Source: Mobula hypostoma (taxonomy: Eukaryota). Taken from it: DNA of 64,000 nucleotides. The notes beneath the pieces are model-generated. The model saw only the letters and a program-made list of their open reading frames with translations. It ran no database searches and was not told the DNA's origin. Shown in pieces: positions 1 through 13,599 of this stretch. The stretch lies in assembly GCF_963921235.1 (NCBI RefSeq), contig NC_086097.1:17298001-17362000 (forward strand), in the 5' to 3' direction. Position 1 is the stretch's first letter; every line of letters begins with the position of its first letter. The position numbers and the translations under genes are program-made.

Positions 1-2003
1 CCAGGCTGCTTCAGAGCTTTTTAACAGTCAAGCACATGGTGTGGTCTGGAATCAAAGGTATACAGGCCAGGCCAGGAGGGCAACTTTCTTTCCCTGAAGG
101 GTATAACTGGACTAGGATGGTTTTTCTGACAACCTGGTTGGTTTTGTTGTACGTTGGTAAATTTGTTTATGATTGTCATGTGTGCTGAGATACAGTGACA
201 AACTGTTGGTTGATAACTAGTGACCGTTAGTGAGATCAGTTGAAGTTAATTTAGATCCTCAGCTGGTCCTCAGGATTTCTTGGCCAGATCTGTGAATTAA
301 TACTTTATTAATTTAACCACCAAACCAGGGCTTGACCTTCATTCAGTTCCTCATCACTATAAATGTACTGATGATGGAGTAAATGGAATAAAAACCAGTT
401 TCTAATTGTTTTGCGCTCATCCAGAAATATAACCAGGCCCTTCTCAGCACGAGTCACTCATGTGATCGTAGTGTCTTGAGCTCTTCAGATAGTGCCATTC
501 CCTACTGGAGCAGTGAAACTCGGCATCATTGCCTCAGTCGCCACCATTCTTGGACAGTCCCAGAATAACAATGTCATTGTGGGACTGGAACCCACAAAAA
601 TAAATCCTGTTTAACCTTTTTATCATTTACATCTCTAAATTACCAGTTGTTTGATCAATAATCTGTGCAGCTCCAATCAGAGGTCTGTGAAATCTGATCC
701 CTCCTTCCTCCTCAAACCCTAGACTCAACTCGGTCCTCGAGTTTCTGTTTATATCCTGATGAAGCACAATAGTGCATGAGTCCTTGGGCTTATGATTAAA
801 CTGGCTGTTGATCCACTGCCTACCTACTAGGCCACAGAGACTTTCTTGGCTGCTCAGACTTTTTAAGAACCAATGGTGTCATCTGACCTGCATGAAGTAA
901 CTCAGAGCAGCAGTTCCACTGGACCATAAATCCCATCGATGCATGAAACTGCTGAATATAAAAGGAATTAAAATTGAAAGTGCATGGCAACCAATTGAAG
1001 TTAAGAAGCCAGAGCAAACAACAACTTCCTTTAATCACAGGAAACCACAAAACTCATGTTGTCAAAGCTGATCATCAGCATTGCAGAAACCTTATGAAAA
1101 TTCAGACCAAATCTTGTGAACAATCTTACAAATCCCTGGTAATCTCCTGGAGCATTGGAAGCAGTGGGGATTTAGAAGGGGAATGAGAAGAATGGGTCTT
1201 TGTGCTCCTTCATGCGAAAGTGCAGAATATATATCGGTCCTCTAGGGCCTGTAACAGTTCCCAGTTATATCAGCTAACTTGCTTGGAATAGTATATGTGG
1301 GTCTAGATTTCTCTAACAAATCCACAACTTCACAGGAACAACTGAGATTCCCAGCTTTAGCTGGGTTGTTGTTGGACTAGTCTCATTCTTCAGTATTCAG
1401 TAAAATTAAGACAGCCTGTGCATTCTCCCCGCGGTATCTCTCTACAATAGGATTGCTTCAGTATAGGACAGATGAAACAAGTTTAGCCATTCACCAACAA
1501 CTTGCGGCACTTTAAAAAAACAATGTCTCTAACTTGAACTAAAACTATTCAAGATTGGGACATTGTATTTGTGGGCTGCCCTCATAAAGTCGATATGGAG
1601 GGTCTTTTTTTCAAATATGAGACTGACAATGTTGGGCTCATGAGAGATAGAGCCTGAACTAAAAGTTAAAAGATTGCACAAGAACAAAAATTAACAACCT
1701 CAGGAGGCAGTTAAACAAATGCTCCAGATTCCAATATCTGCAGTCTCCTGTGTCTTCTTCTAAAACCAGCAATGATGCAGGGAAGGTCATTGAATTGTTT
1801 GTGAAGCCTAACCAACAAGGTCACATCTGCGGTTTTAGAAAGATGATGGACTCATTTCTTTCTTCATCACCCTGACCTTTGAAGCTGTGAGACCTAAAAT
1901 GAACTCATCATGTACAAAAGGAGATCCAAAAAACTGTTGGTTCAGTAGGTCAACAACGGGGGCTTTCTTGACTTAACAGAGATTCTGATCATCATCCCTT
2001 CCC

Positions 2004-2385
2004 TTACCTATCGAATATTGAAAGGCCAAGGTAGTGTGGCTGTGGTGAGGATGTTTTCTTTAGTGGGGGATTCTAGGACAAAGGGCACAGCCTCAGAATA
2101 GAAGGACATATTTTTGGAGCAGAGATGGGGAAAATTTGTTTTTAGCCAGAGGGTGGTGAAGCTGTGAAATTCATTGCCACAGACGGCTGTGCAGGCCAAG
2201 TCATTGGGTATATTTAAAGTCGAGGTTGATAGGTTCTTGATTAGTAGGGGTGTTTAAGGTCACGGGGAGAAGGCGGAAGAATGGGGTTAAGAGGGATAAT
2301 AAATCAGCCATGATGGAATGGCAGAGCAGACTCCATGGGCTGAATAGCCTAATTCTGTTCACATGTCTTATGGTCTTATGGTCTG
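2004..2385 (+). mobile_element. CR1 LINE 3' end fragment
   Basis: Degenerate CR1 ORF2 C-terminus (RTKGHSLRIEG...FSQRVVKL*NSLPQ) followed by 3' UTR and (TCTTATGG)n tail. Confidence 0.9.
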
Positions 2386-2589
2386 TCTGAGACCAGCTTC
2401 ATATACTGAACAAGCAAGACAACACACCATGGTGCACGAGTACAAGATGCATAGGTGAGAGACAGAGCTAAAAGTTATTTTTTGAATGGTTTGATAAATA
2501 GGACATATCTGCCATTCAGGCAATCGGCAGATGCACGTAACTTTGCCTGCAGTCAAATTTAGCAATCCTACCCCAACAGCTTAAAAAGT

Positions 2590-2930
2590 GGTGAAGTGGA
2601 GGAGATACTGTATGTGGGGGGGTGGAAAGGTGGAGAATGGAGAGGCAGGGTTTTGGAAGGGAGTGGAAAGAGTAGAAGCATTGGAAGCTGGGGATGGGTG
2701 GAAAATAGAGAGGTGGAAATGAGAGTGATGGAGAGCAAGGGATGGAGATGAAAGGAAGGAAGCATAGTGAAGCAATTGAGTGGCGAGGGAAGGTGTGGGT
2801 TTTGAAGGGGTCGAGAGTGAAGTGGAGTGTTGAAAAAGGATAGGATGGAGTGGGGAGGAATGGGGGGATGGAGAGTAGAAGGAAGGATAGTTGAGAGTAG
2901 AGTGGAAAGGAATGAGACTTGAGGACCACC
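2590..2930 (+). repeat. purine-rich (G/A) low-complexity tract
   Basis: Dense GGA/GGAA/GGGG runs; explains the spurious P/S/L/F-rich minus-strand ORFs 2516..2932. Confidence 0.8.
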
Positions 2931-3282
2931 ACGAGAGGTTAGTTTTAACTTAAAAAGACCCTACCTGAAAACGGTTCCCTGCTTTGAGATCTGCAAAGGT
3001 GGGTCCTCTTTCATCTACACATAAGCTCACATAACGTGAAGATGAGCATTTTATGAGTTGGCCTTGCTGTCCGTAGACCACAGTGTGCATAAGAATCATG
3101 GAGCTGGTAATCAGTACAAGACATCACCATATACCTTGAAGTACCCTTACAGTCAGACAGGGAATAACCAGAAAGAAATAATACGTGGATACAGGATTCC
3201 GAAATCCTGTAGCACACCTCTTGGGGATTTCAACTGCATTATTCGTAGAAATGTTGCAACATGTGATACAAAGCAACCAATT

Positions 3283-3640
3283 ATTGAAAGGACTAGATAA
3301 AGTGGATGTGGAGAAGATGCTTCTTCTAGGGGAGAGTCTAGGACCAGACAGCATAGCCTCAGGATAGAAGGATATCCCTTTAGAACAGAAATGAAGAGGA
3401 ATTTCTTTTGCCAAAGGGTGGTGAAGCTGTGGAATTCATTGCCACAGACATCTGTGGAGGCCAAGTCATTGGATATCTTTAGAAGGAAAATAGGTTCTTG
3501 GTTAGTCAGGGCGTCAAAGGTTACGGAAAGAAAGCCAGAAAAATGGAGTTGTGAAGGAAATTAAATCAGCCATGATCAAATGGCAAAGAAGACTCAATGG
3601 GCTAAATGGTTGAAGTCTGTTCCTATGTCTCATGATCTTA
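3283..3640 (+). mobile_element. CR1 LINE 3' end fragment
   Basis: LKGLDKVDVEKM...FFCQRVVKLWNSLPQ, plus 3' UTR homologous to 2004-2385. Confidence 0.9.
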
Positions 3641-4633
3641 ATTATTTCTTCTAGCATAAATTTATACGAGATATGCACAGAACTAAATGCTACTTCAGAG
3701 TACCATCCTGCAGTTCTTTTAAAGACCCTGCCTTTGAAATCACTTCTACATGTTCAGCTCAATTTTCTGCTTGGCTGTTTGTCAAAAGTGCACAGTACAG
3801 TGGTCTGACAACAGCTTCTTGTTTTTAGTACATACCATGGCATCTGGGTGTTTTATATTCATCAACACAAGGCTGTACCATCTGCAAATGTTAATGCCAA
3901 TGGACACGCTGTTCACACACAAATTTGTTTTATAGCTCTGCATGAGACAAACTATTCAACATTGGCACTAATTAAATCAAACTACATCTGATCTTAATAA
4001 CATCAAAGGCTGTGTAAAAAAGCAAAAATAAACATCAGTTCCAAACTTTGACTTTGGACAATGGAGTGATCAGTTCTGTTGCTGGAGTGGTGACTGTGGT
4101 CCCAGAAGAGGGGTGAAAGAGGACTTCTTCAGCTGACTTGTGTTCCAGCTACTTGCATCTCATGACACCTCTGAACTCTGATCATGCTGCTAATTGTTGA
4201 ACTGATATGCAGAGAGCAGCTATCTCAGGTTCAGATTTATTTGTCTCATGTACATTGAAGCACACAGTGAACTGTGTCTTCTGTGTAAACAGCCAACACG
4301 CCTAATGATTGCAGAGGGCAGTCTGCAAGTATCACCACACATTCTGGCACTACCGTAGCTTGCCCACAATGCTCGGCAGGACAACATGGACCAAACAAAA
4401 CAGAACACAAGAAGACACTAAGCAACAGCAAAAGAAACCCCTTTCCTTCCTCCCTCTCATGTACCTACATTCCTCTAACCCCAGGCCTCTGGGCCTCCGG
4501 TCTCCAGGCAAGTCATCAGTCTTCATTTTCTGGACTTCTGATTGACTTTCCATCTTCAGTCTTCAGTATTGGCCCCTGGAGTGGCAGATAATGAAATCTC
4601 ACAGTTCAAGCAACCTGAGTTTAGTTTTTTTTT

Positions 4634-4920
4634 AAGATTAGCCTTATCTGTCGCATGCACATCGAGACATTGAAACATACAGTGAAATGTGTCATTTGCA
4701 TTAGTGACTAACACTGTCTGAGGTTGTGCTGGGGGCAGCCCGCAAGTTCTGAAGCCAATGTAGCATGCCCTCAACTTACTAACACTAACCCATACTGTGC
4801 ATCATTGGAATGTGGGAGGAAACCGACGCTGTCACGAGGAAGTTTTACACACTCCTTACAGACAGCACCGGGAATTGAACCCTGATCTCACAGCAGCTAC
4901 TGTAAAGCTTTATGCCACCA
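4634..4920 (-). mobile_element. tRNA-derived SINE
   Basis: Minus-strand B-box-like GGTTCAATTCCC and V-domain-like GGTTTCCTCCCACATTCC; tail related to the copy at about 4228-4400. Confidence 0.7.
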
Positions 4921-4929
4921 GGCTGCCCA

Positions 4930-5175
4930 CAGTTCACGGGAGCTGTATGTGTGGAGTTTGTGCACTTTCCCTGTGACCTCCTGGGTTTGTCCCAGGTGCT
5001 CTGGTTTCCTCCCACATCCCAGAGACATGCAGGCTGATAGGTTAATTGGGTGTTGTAATTTGCCTCTGAAGAGTAGGGGTCTGGAAGGGACAGTTGATTA
5101 AAAGGGAATGGGACTGTTCTGTGGGCTGCTGTGGACTGATGAGCTGAGATGGTCTTTTTCTATGTTGTATGGGAA
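4930..5175 (+). mobile_element. V-SINE-like fragment
   Basis: GGTGCTCTGGTTTCCTCCCACATCCC...AGGTTAATTGG central domain shared with 19594, 22222 and 40173. Confidence 0.75.
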
Positions 5176-5925
5176 TCTGTTATATGAATACAGCAGGCAG
5201 ACAGTAACTCCCTAAGGAGCTAGTGTAAATGTCTCATCAGCTTTACAGAGAGGATGGGAGGGTCAGTGTAGAAAAAGAAGCTCTCGGTATGTTTTTACAT
5301 TTATTTATTTTAAATCTATTTTGACACTGTCTCCAAGTATCGGGAACAATTACAACTCTATCGATGTTTGCTTGGAGGTTCCCTAGGAGGAGAGAATTCC
5401 CAGCAGGAAGACAGATAGTGGTAAACCAAATGGATTTTATACAACGAATGGATTTTTGTGGGAAAAATCTGTTTAGTTTATCACAATCCGACAGGGCAGA
5501 AAATCAACTGTTCAGCCTATAGGTGACTCCAGAAGCACTCCATGTGGCAATTCTCAAATGCGATGTGATGTCTGAATAACAACTCAGCACTAATTTGCCA
5601 GTGGTAGTAGTAGTGGAGCACTCAGGTTGAGTGTGATGTTCTCTTAAGGGGTTAAATACCGGTGAGTCCTCAAGTAGCTGAAGAAACTGATCTGGGACCC
5701 ACATATTCCGGTCTTCCTGCCCTTTCACCGAGCAGGGTGAGCAGAGTAGATGTTAACTAAGGACTTCATAAATCTTCTCCCTCTGCCACTTGCTGATTAC
5801 CACAGGACTGAATATGGGATGTAAGGGTGGATTCCCTTATTGGAGAATGGTCTGTGCATGACTTTGTTTAATGTGGGGAAGCTGATTCACGTAGTCCTTG
5901 ACAGATTGGGGTCAGGACCCCGTGG

Positions 5926-6262
5926 CTTCTGGTTTCTGGTCACTCTTTTTTTTTGCTATTTTGTTTGATTTTGATCAGGTTGGCCTGCAAATAAGAACAC
6001 CATGGCACTAGATTGAACTAAACTGAGCTGTACTGAATATGCCTGGACTCTTTCGATGACTTTGTAGGTTGGTGCTTTATATTCTGTGTTTTTCACTCTT
6101 TTTTTCTGCTGTTTGCACAAGTTCTTTCTTTTTTGTGGCTTGGGGGTTTGATGTTTTTCCTTGAACGGGTTCGATGGTTTTCTTTCTTTCATGGCTGTCT
6201 ATGGAAAGACAAATCTCGGGGTTGTATACTGCATACATACTTTGATAATAAATAATCTTTGG
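5926..6262 (+). mobile_element. non-coding retroposon 3' tail (T-rich, TGATAATAAA end)
   Basis: Related to tails at 7660-7890 and 56500-56770; interrupts an RTE-like relic (5850-5925, 6263-6300) that is related to 33330-33440. Confidence 0.6.
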
Positions 6263-6829
6263 CATGGAAGGCAAGAGGACTAGGGACTATTCTCTGCTGC
6301 AAAAGGAATCCCCTGCCCCAGAGAACTGGAGCAGAAGCAGTCAAATCCCAATGGACCGCTCAGGAAGAAGACCCCTTAAGGAGTCCATCACACTCCTTAT
6401 TGCACTTTGAAAGTGGAATTTAGGATGTCAGCAGATGAGCCGGACACCATGGGCTACCCTGTCTTTGGACTGTTATTTTAATCAGAGTATTGCTGGTCCA
6501 GTTGAGATTCTAGTCAGTAGTGACCCTGAGATGGGTCCTGGCATCTGCAAATCTAACTGTATAAAAAATTCCTTCTGAGTGTGAATGAGGCCAGTCAACC
6601 CATCATGTCTATGCTAGCTCTCAGTGCAATTCCATTTGTCCCTCTCACTTACTTCTTTGTAATTTATTCTTTCTCATCTGTTCATCCCTTCTACCATCCC
6701 TGATTTTCCCACCATCCACCCACATCAGGGCTAATTTAACAAAGCCCAGCAGCAAGGTTTTGAGATGTGTGAAGAAACCAAAGCAGCTAGAAGTGGTAAA
6801 CAAAAAAAAAAGACCAAAGTACCTGGTGG

Positions 6830-7890
6830 GGGGGGGGGTCACTATCAAAATCAGGTCGCTGAAGAAGATGGCGCCAGTGAACAACGCGACAAAGGCATCA
6901 ACTCAGAATGGGTCATGAAGCAATTCCTTCCTCTTCTTTTACATCTTCTTTTTGTTTCAGATGTGGTTCTGCTACTGTTAAAGCCTGTTAGAGCATTCTG
7001 ACAGTGTGATTTCAGGCCAATCGGATGACCTGGTGCATTGCTGTCTCTGAGAGTGTTCCATGAGGCTGCGGCAAAAGCATGCCAGGAAGCCAGGAGACAG
7101 GGCGCGGCCCATGATCAACTCCATCTTTCGCCGATTAAAGCGTCGAGGAAGATTGAAATCTTCAAGGCAAGTGCGAAGGGTAGGGGAGTGTTCAGCACCG
7201 TCTACCAGCCTCTCGCTTGCTCTCACTGGAGAATGTGGCCGTGTGCGGCAGTTTCTCACTCTCCCATGCTCCCTGCTCCCAAGAGAAGGTTTTTGCATTT
7301 GAGGATCTCTCTCTCCCTCGACGCTGTTGGCAGATGGTGATGGAGCAAGGTTTATTCGATGCATATTGTAGATTTGGATTCTACTTCAAGTTTAGACCAT
7401 AAGACATAGGAGCAGAAATAGGCCATTTGGCCCATCGAGTCTGCTCCGCCATTCAATCATGGCTGATCCTTTTGTCTTCTCCTCCTCAACCCCAGTTCCC
7501 AGCCTTCTCCCCGTAACCTTTGATGCCATGTCCAATCAAGATCCTGTCAATCTCTGCCTTAAATACACCCACGATGTGTATTATGATGTCTTCTAGTTCT
7601 GGTCGCTCTTTTTTGTAACTACTGTGAGGTGATTTTTGAATTAGGGTGGCGTGGAGAAAATGAACACTGATGTGAACTGTACTGAAATATGCCCCGTTGA
7701 TTTTGTGTTTTATATTCTCTGTTTTCACTTGCTTTTTTTTGCTGTCATTTGCATGTTTTTTTTATGTGGTGGGGAGGGGGGAGGTTCGATGTTTTTCTTT
7801 GAATGGGTTGGTTCCATGGCTCTTCTTTTCTTCATGACTGTCTGTGGGAAGACAAACCTGGTGATAAATGCACTTTTCATCTTTGAATCT
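6830..7890 (+). mobile_element. non-coding retroposon with AAGATGGCG head, interrupted by a CR1 tail
   Basis: AAGATGGCG at 6865, CpG-rich body and T-rich tail; minus-strand CR1 3' UTR at 7394-7572. Confidence 0.55.
7394..7572 (-). mobile_element. CR1 3' UTR/tail
   Basis: GACCATAAGACATAGGAGCAGAA is the reverse complement of the CR1 (TCTTATGG)n tail. Confidence 0.9.
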
Positions 7891-8684
7891 ATGCAGTAGC
7901 ATCTTTAATATTGTGCTTCTACAGATAATCACCACACTGTCAGTGATAATTTTGTTTCAAGTTGTGACTAGAATTCCAGTAAAAACTGATGATAACAGTG
8001 AACTTTATTTTGCTGACGTTGAGGATTTATGGTCTTTGCTGAATGTTCCAAGTTAAACTGAAGCAAGTGTGTCTGATTTTACCCAACAGCCTCCTCAGTA
8101 ATGGATGTATGAACTTCCATTATTTCTGGGAAGTCAAGTTTTGCCATTTATTGCACATTTATGATTCATGTAAACATCTTTAACTGAAGAAGTTTCATGG
8201 CAATGTTTACCTGGGCACGCTGAGCAAGATGAATTTTGACAGTGTTCTGTTGTCAAAGGGACTGGCAGGAAAAGATATGCTGTAAGTAAATAACTTTAAT
8301 GGGGACTGTGAGATTTTAAAACATTTTGTATGTCTTGGGAACCTTTCACTTTGCAGGTGCTTTAAATTACAGGCCACCCAGATGTTCTTAACCAGGCCAA
8401 TGGGTTTCTGTTGGAATTTCTACAATTATTTGGTAACCAGCAAACTCTTGGTGAGTGAAAGAAATCTTCCTGAAGCTAAAAATCTCTAGTATGCTTTAAA
8501 GAAGCATAGTAAATCTATCACTTTATATCTGCCTCTTAAGGGGGAAATGATGAATGATTGTGACTTTATGACACAAATTAGCCTTGTCACTCTGTAGCTG
8601 TGGAAGCCAATTTAGATAGAGCTGTTTGTCCAGAGTGTATTAATCTTTATAAAGAGTGGGTTAGAGGAATGGGAAGCTTTTTGT

Positions 8685-9085
8685 AATTGTCCAGGGCTTT
8701 GGTATGATCACAATTGGAGTATCTTTGTCTACCTTGCCAAAGATGTACTTTGCATATAGATTGTGCAGTGAAGATTCACCAGTCTTGTTCCAGGGATGTC
8801 AGGTTTACCATCAGAGAAGGGGGTAAATATTCTCGGTTTCTAGTCTTTAAGTTCTAGAAGAATGAGAGATTTCATCAGTGTTGAACACACCTTACAGGTC
8901 AGATGCTTTCCCTGAGTGATGGGTCTAAGACTGAGGCAGAGTTTGAGAATAAGGAGTAAGTTGTGAAATGAGGAGGAATTTCTTTACTCAGTTTGTGGTG
9001 AATCTGAGAAATTCTATATCCTGGGCTGCTTTGGAAACTCCATCAAAATAGTGATCGACAGATTTTTTTACACATTAAAGGCTGT
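8685..9085 (+). mobile_element. old CR1 ORF2 C-terminal fragment
   Basis: Degenerate ALV*SQLEY...RFTSLVPGMSG...RRNFFTQ. Confidence 0.65.
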
Positions 9086-9739
9086 TGGATCTGGAGATGA
9101 TGTTGTCCAGGAGGATCTTCAGAAGTCAATTTTATGGTTATAGCCATTTTATTTAATGCCCATCATGGTACAGGTTAGGTCGGTCAGCCTGCACCAGTAA
9201 GCAAGGCAGTGAAGTAGCAATGGACCTATAACTGTAAGAAGCTGTAAGTGATTGTACTTGGCTGTAACAAAGGAATGTATGCACACGGCTTGCTTTTATA
9301 CTGCAAACTGGTTTGGCCTAGTTTTAGAAAAGTAAGCCTACTTGGCAGGTACTGAATGTATCACTCTTCAGCAATGTTCCCTTTAATTAGTAATGTCCAA
9401 TGTGCACAAAAATCTTGTGCTGTGCAATTTTTTGCCCAGTGACAACATGAGTGCGCTGAGTAATTTTTAAAAATTAAAACAGTATTAATAAGTCAGTTCT
9501 AAAATCTGCAGACAAATTATTGCAAACTTCACCTTGTCGATATGATCTGAATCAGAAACTGGAAAAGGAAATATGATTGTGTACGACTGTGAAATACAGT
9601 TAACATGCCAAAGAGGCAAAGGATGGCAACCTTTGTTTGCAGCTTTGTGTGCCAGTAGAAAAAGATGAGTGCACATGCACACACGCACAACTTAGAGGGA
9701 ACATTGCTCTTCAGACAAAGAAACTACAGAACCTAATAT

Positions 9740-10490
9740 ACTACAAGTCACTAAAGGTCTACAGACAAACAGTGATTAAACAAACAAACAGAAATTGTGG
9801 TTATTGGCGGCAATAAAAAAGTGTGAGCCTTAGAAATAAACTTGATCATCTGGCCTTCCAAATCAAGCCAGAAGTAAGGAATTTAGGCATTTTTTTAACC
9901 CTGAGCTAAATTCAAATCAAATACTAACCATATTATTCAGAGAGCTTTCTTCCATTTAAGGAACATTGCAAGAGTTTAATTTCCTATAGCATCTCAAGAT
10001 GCAGAACAATGGATACACACTTTAGTTTTTAGCTGATTAGACAACTGTCATGCACTCTTTTCAGGACTGCCTAAGAAAGATATAAATCAGCTGCAGCTTG
10101 TTCAAAATACAGCAGCAAGAATCTTAACCAAAAAAGAGAAAATCTAAGCACATTTCATTGTTTTGGCACCATTACACTGCCTACCCACGTCCTTCAGGAT
10201 CAATTTTAAAATACTCTTAATTGTATATAAGGCTCTGAATAATCAAGCTCCTCCACATATTTTGACGTTTCAATCACCTTACATCCCCAATCATAATCTG
10301 AGGACTGCGAACGCTAGTTTTCTGCGTGTTCCTCGTGCCAAACATCCAAGAACTGTTGATGCGGCCTTTTGCTCTTATGCTCCAAAAATCTGGAATGCTC
10401 TACTGACTCAGAAAGGCCAGGTTAGTACTGCAGAATGTTTTAAAGCACTTCTAAAAGCCTACTTTTTAAAATTTGGCCTATTATAGGACT
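9740..10490 (+). mobile_element. L2 (LINE2) ORF2 C-terminal fragment
   Basis: AFFHLRNIARV, DAEQWIHTLVFS*LDNCHALFSGLPKKDINQLQLVQNTAARILT and LHCLPTSFRINFKILLIVYKALNNQAP (ORF 10163..10486) are hallmark L2 motifs. Confidence 0.9.
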
Positions 10491-10529
10491 ACTTAATGCC
10501 TGTTGACATTGATTACCTTTATATAACAA

Positions 10530-13413
10530 CATATACTGGCACCAATGACAAACGTAAACAAGGTGAGGAGGTCCTGAAGAGAGATTTTAACGAGCTAAGT
10601 AGAAAGCTGAACCTCCAGGGTATAATCTCTGGATTGCAGCCTGTGCCACATGCCCATGAGGATAAGAATAAGATGAGTTGGCAGGTGAATGTGTGGCTGA
10701 GAAGCCGGTGCTAGGGACAGAAGTTAAGATTTATGGATCACCGGGATCTCTTCTGGGAAAGGTACGACCTGTTCAAAGGGGAAGGGGTAACACCTGAACC
10801 CAAGGGAAGTTCAATATCCCTGCAGGCAGGTTGGCTAGGGTTGTTCAGGAGAGTTTAAATTAAATTGGCAGGGGTTGGGTGCCAGAGTGATGGTGTTGAG
10901 GCTGAAGTAGTTTGCTTACAAAGGTAATACGTATTGAGAATCCGAGCAAGGGGAGGATGATGATAGGGAACAAATGCTGTCGACAGGACGAGTTGCAATG
11001 TAAAAGGTTGAAAGGGGTGAATATGGCACTGAAGTGTTATATTTGAATGCACAGAGTATACGGAATAAGATCGATGAACTTGTAGCGCAGTTGCAGATTG
11101 GCAGGTATGATGTTGTAGGCATCACTGAATCATGGCTGAATGAATATTATAACTCCAAAGGGACACAATATACCAAAAGGACAGGCAGGAAAGCAGAGGG
11201 GATGGCAATGCTCTGTTGGTAAAAAATGAAATCAAATCAAGAGAAAGAGGTGACATAGGGTCAGAAGGTGTTGAATCTTTGTGGCTAAAACTAAGGAACT
11301 GCAAGGGTAAAAAGACCCAGATGGAATTAGTATACAGACCCCCAAACAGTAGTAAGGATGTGGTCTACAAACTACAGTGGGAGATAGAAAATGCATGCCA
11401 GGAAGGCAATGTTACAATTGTCATGGAGGATTTCAATAAGCAGGTTGTTGCCGGATCCCAAGAGGGGGAATTTCTAGAATGCCTATGAGATGGCTTTTTA
11501 GAGCACCTCATGGTTGAGCCCGCTAGGGGAATCAGCTATTCTGGATGAACTGAAATTGATTAGAGAGTTAAGGTAAAAGAACCCTTAGCGGAGGTGATCA
11601 TAATATGATCAATTTCACTCTGAAACTTGAGATGGAGAAGCTAAAATCAGATGTATCAGTATTACAGTGGAGTAAAGGGACTATAGAGGAACGAAAGGAC
11701 AAAATTGTTGGACTGAGCTACGATGGTGCTCGACAGCGACCTCTTCGAGCTCATCTGCAAAAACAGATTAATTTCACCTTAATGTCTCTCTTTTTCCTTT
11801 TCAAGGTATATAAAGGTTCTGTCAAAGACCCTGACCTAGATCTACACTCAAACTTTGATGCTTTGCAGTGATGGGGCTCACCGACAGGCGGTTTTTTGAT
11901 ATCCCAAGGACACAACCAAGAAGACAAGCATGACTTCTGAGCCTTTGTGGCCCTGCAGTGGAGTTGATTCTGTGCTTAGGCCACTGACTGAAGCATCGTA
12001 AGAGAAAACAGAACATCAGGAACAGTGGATTAGCTGTCTGGGGCATTATAGTCAGATCGTACTCTTTCTCTCTCTTTTTCTTTCGTTGGTTGGGGAAAGT
12101 TTCTTGCTGATTTTCGAGTTGCAGAACTTGGAAAAAAAAGTGACACAGCAAACTTTAACACCGTAAACTAGCGAGTTGTTTGTTTTTGTTGGTCTCCCTT
12201 CCCGCCATTAAAGGGTGACAGCTCTCTGCCCTTTTATTAGAGAAAGAGACAGAACCTATGTTATGTTGAAATGTCTGGTGAACAATTAATTTTTGTTGTA
12301 CTGTAGATCATGGCCTTTCTTGGGAGCTTTGCTATTGTTTGCTTTCTGGGTGGAGAGTGCTGATGCTTTTGTTTTGCTGAAGTAAGTGGGGGGAGGGGAG
12401 GGTCATTGTTTGGCTGCTGCTTCTGCTTGGGGGGGTGCTTTGGAGTTTTAACAATTTTTACTGTCACTCAATTCTTTGAGGTACTCTTCTGTTTTCATGG
12501 ATGCATGTGATGAACAGGAATTTCTGGCTGTGTACTGCATATATATTCTCTGATATTAAATGGAACTACTAAACTATGGGAAAGGAGAGGCCAGAATTGA
12601 TTGGAAAAGAACACTGGCAAGGATGACAGCAGAGCAGCAATAGCTGGAATTTCTGGAAGCAATTCGGAAGGCACAAGATATATACATCCCAAAGAGGAAG
12701 AAGTATTCTAAAGGCAAGATGACACACCCTGGTTAACAAAAGAAGTAAAAGCCAACATAAAAGCCAAAGAGAGGGCATACAATAGGGCAAAAATTTGTGG
12801 GAAGTTAGAGGATTGGGAAGCTTTTAAAAACCAACAGAAGGCAACTAAAAAGTCATTACAAAGGTAATGGAATAAGAAAGTAAGATAGCTAATAATATTA
12901 AAGGGGATACTAAAAGTTTCTTCAGATACATAAAGTGTAAAAGAGAGGCAAGAGTGTACATTGGGCCACTTTGGATATCGAAAACAATGCTGCAGAGGTA
13001 GTACTGGGGGACATGGAAATGGCAGATGAAATGAATAAGCATTTTGCATCAATCCACTGTGGAAGACACCAGCAGTATGGTGGAAGTTTTAGGTGTCATG
13101 GGTCATGAAGTGTGTGATGAGGTCTGAAAGGTTTGAAAGTAGATAAGTCACCCGGACCAGGGTTCCGAAAGAGGTGGCTGAGGAGATTATGGAGGCATTA
13201 GTAATGATCTTCGAAGAATCTATAGTTTCTGGAACAGTTCCAGAAGACTGGAAAGTTGCAAATGTCACTCCATGCTTCAAGAAGGGAGCGAGGCACAAGA
13301 AAATAAATTATAGGCTAGTTAATCTGACCTCAGTAGTTGTGAGGATGTTAGAGTGGTTTCAAGGTACTCGGATGCATGTGATAAAATAGGCCATAGTCAG
13401 CATGGTTTCCTCA
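10530..13413 (+). mobile_element. degenerate CR1 LINE: ORF1 SGNH-esterase remnant plus ORF2 APE endonuclease and start of RT
   Basis: ORF1 GTND...IISGLQPVP...WLRSRC...DLFWERYDLFK; ORF2 LYLNAQSIRNKIDEL...VGITESWL, VYRPPNS, VPEDWKVANVTP; many stops and frameshifts; interrupted at about 11690-12574. Confidence 0.9.
11690..12574 (+). mobile_element. non-coding retroposon inserted in CR1 ORF2
   Basis: CR1 sequence stops after AGTAAAGGGACTATAGAGG and resumes at ATGGGAAAGGAGAGGCCAGAATTGATTGG; insert has a GATGGTG head and a T-rich tail ending TGATATTAAATGGAACTACTAAACT. Confidence 0.65.
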
Positions 13414-13599
13414 AGAGAGCAAAGACGTGAATCTAAGGAGAGAACCAGCAAGACCCGGAATTCATGTTGGTGTCTCAGCTTGTCAGCTATGGACCTGGAG
13501 AGTGAAGCAAAGGACAGGTTATCTGAATATTGGCGCATTGTTGCTGCAGTGTCACCCTGGTCCACGGAGGGAATGAGTTTGTGCAGATTCAGCTGGTCA

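Noticed and set aside
2516..2932. 138-aa and overlapping minus-strand ORFs
   Set aside because: Products of a purine-rich low-complexity tract
6978..7364. Overlapping 80-128 aa ORFs, also 63341..63897 and 49257..49649
   Set aside because: They lie in GC-rich repeats, have no recognisable domain, and frames are not conserved between related copies
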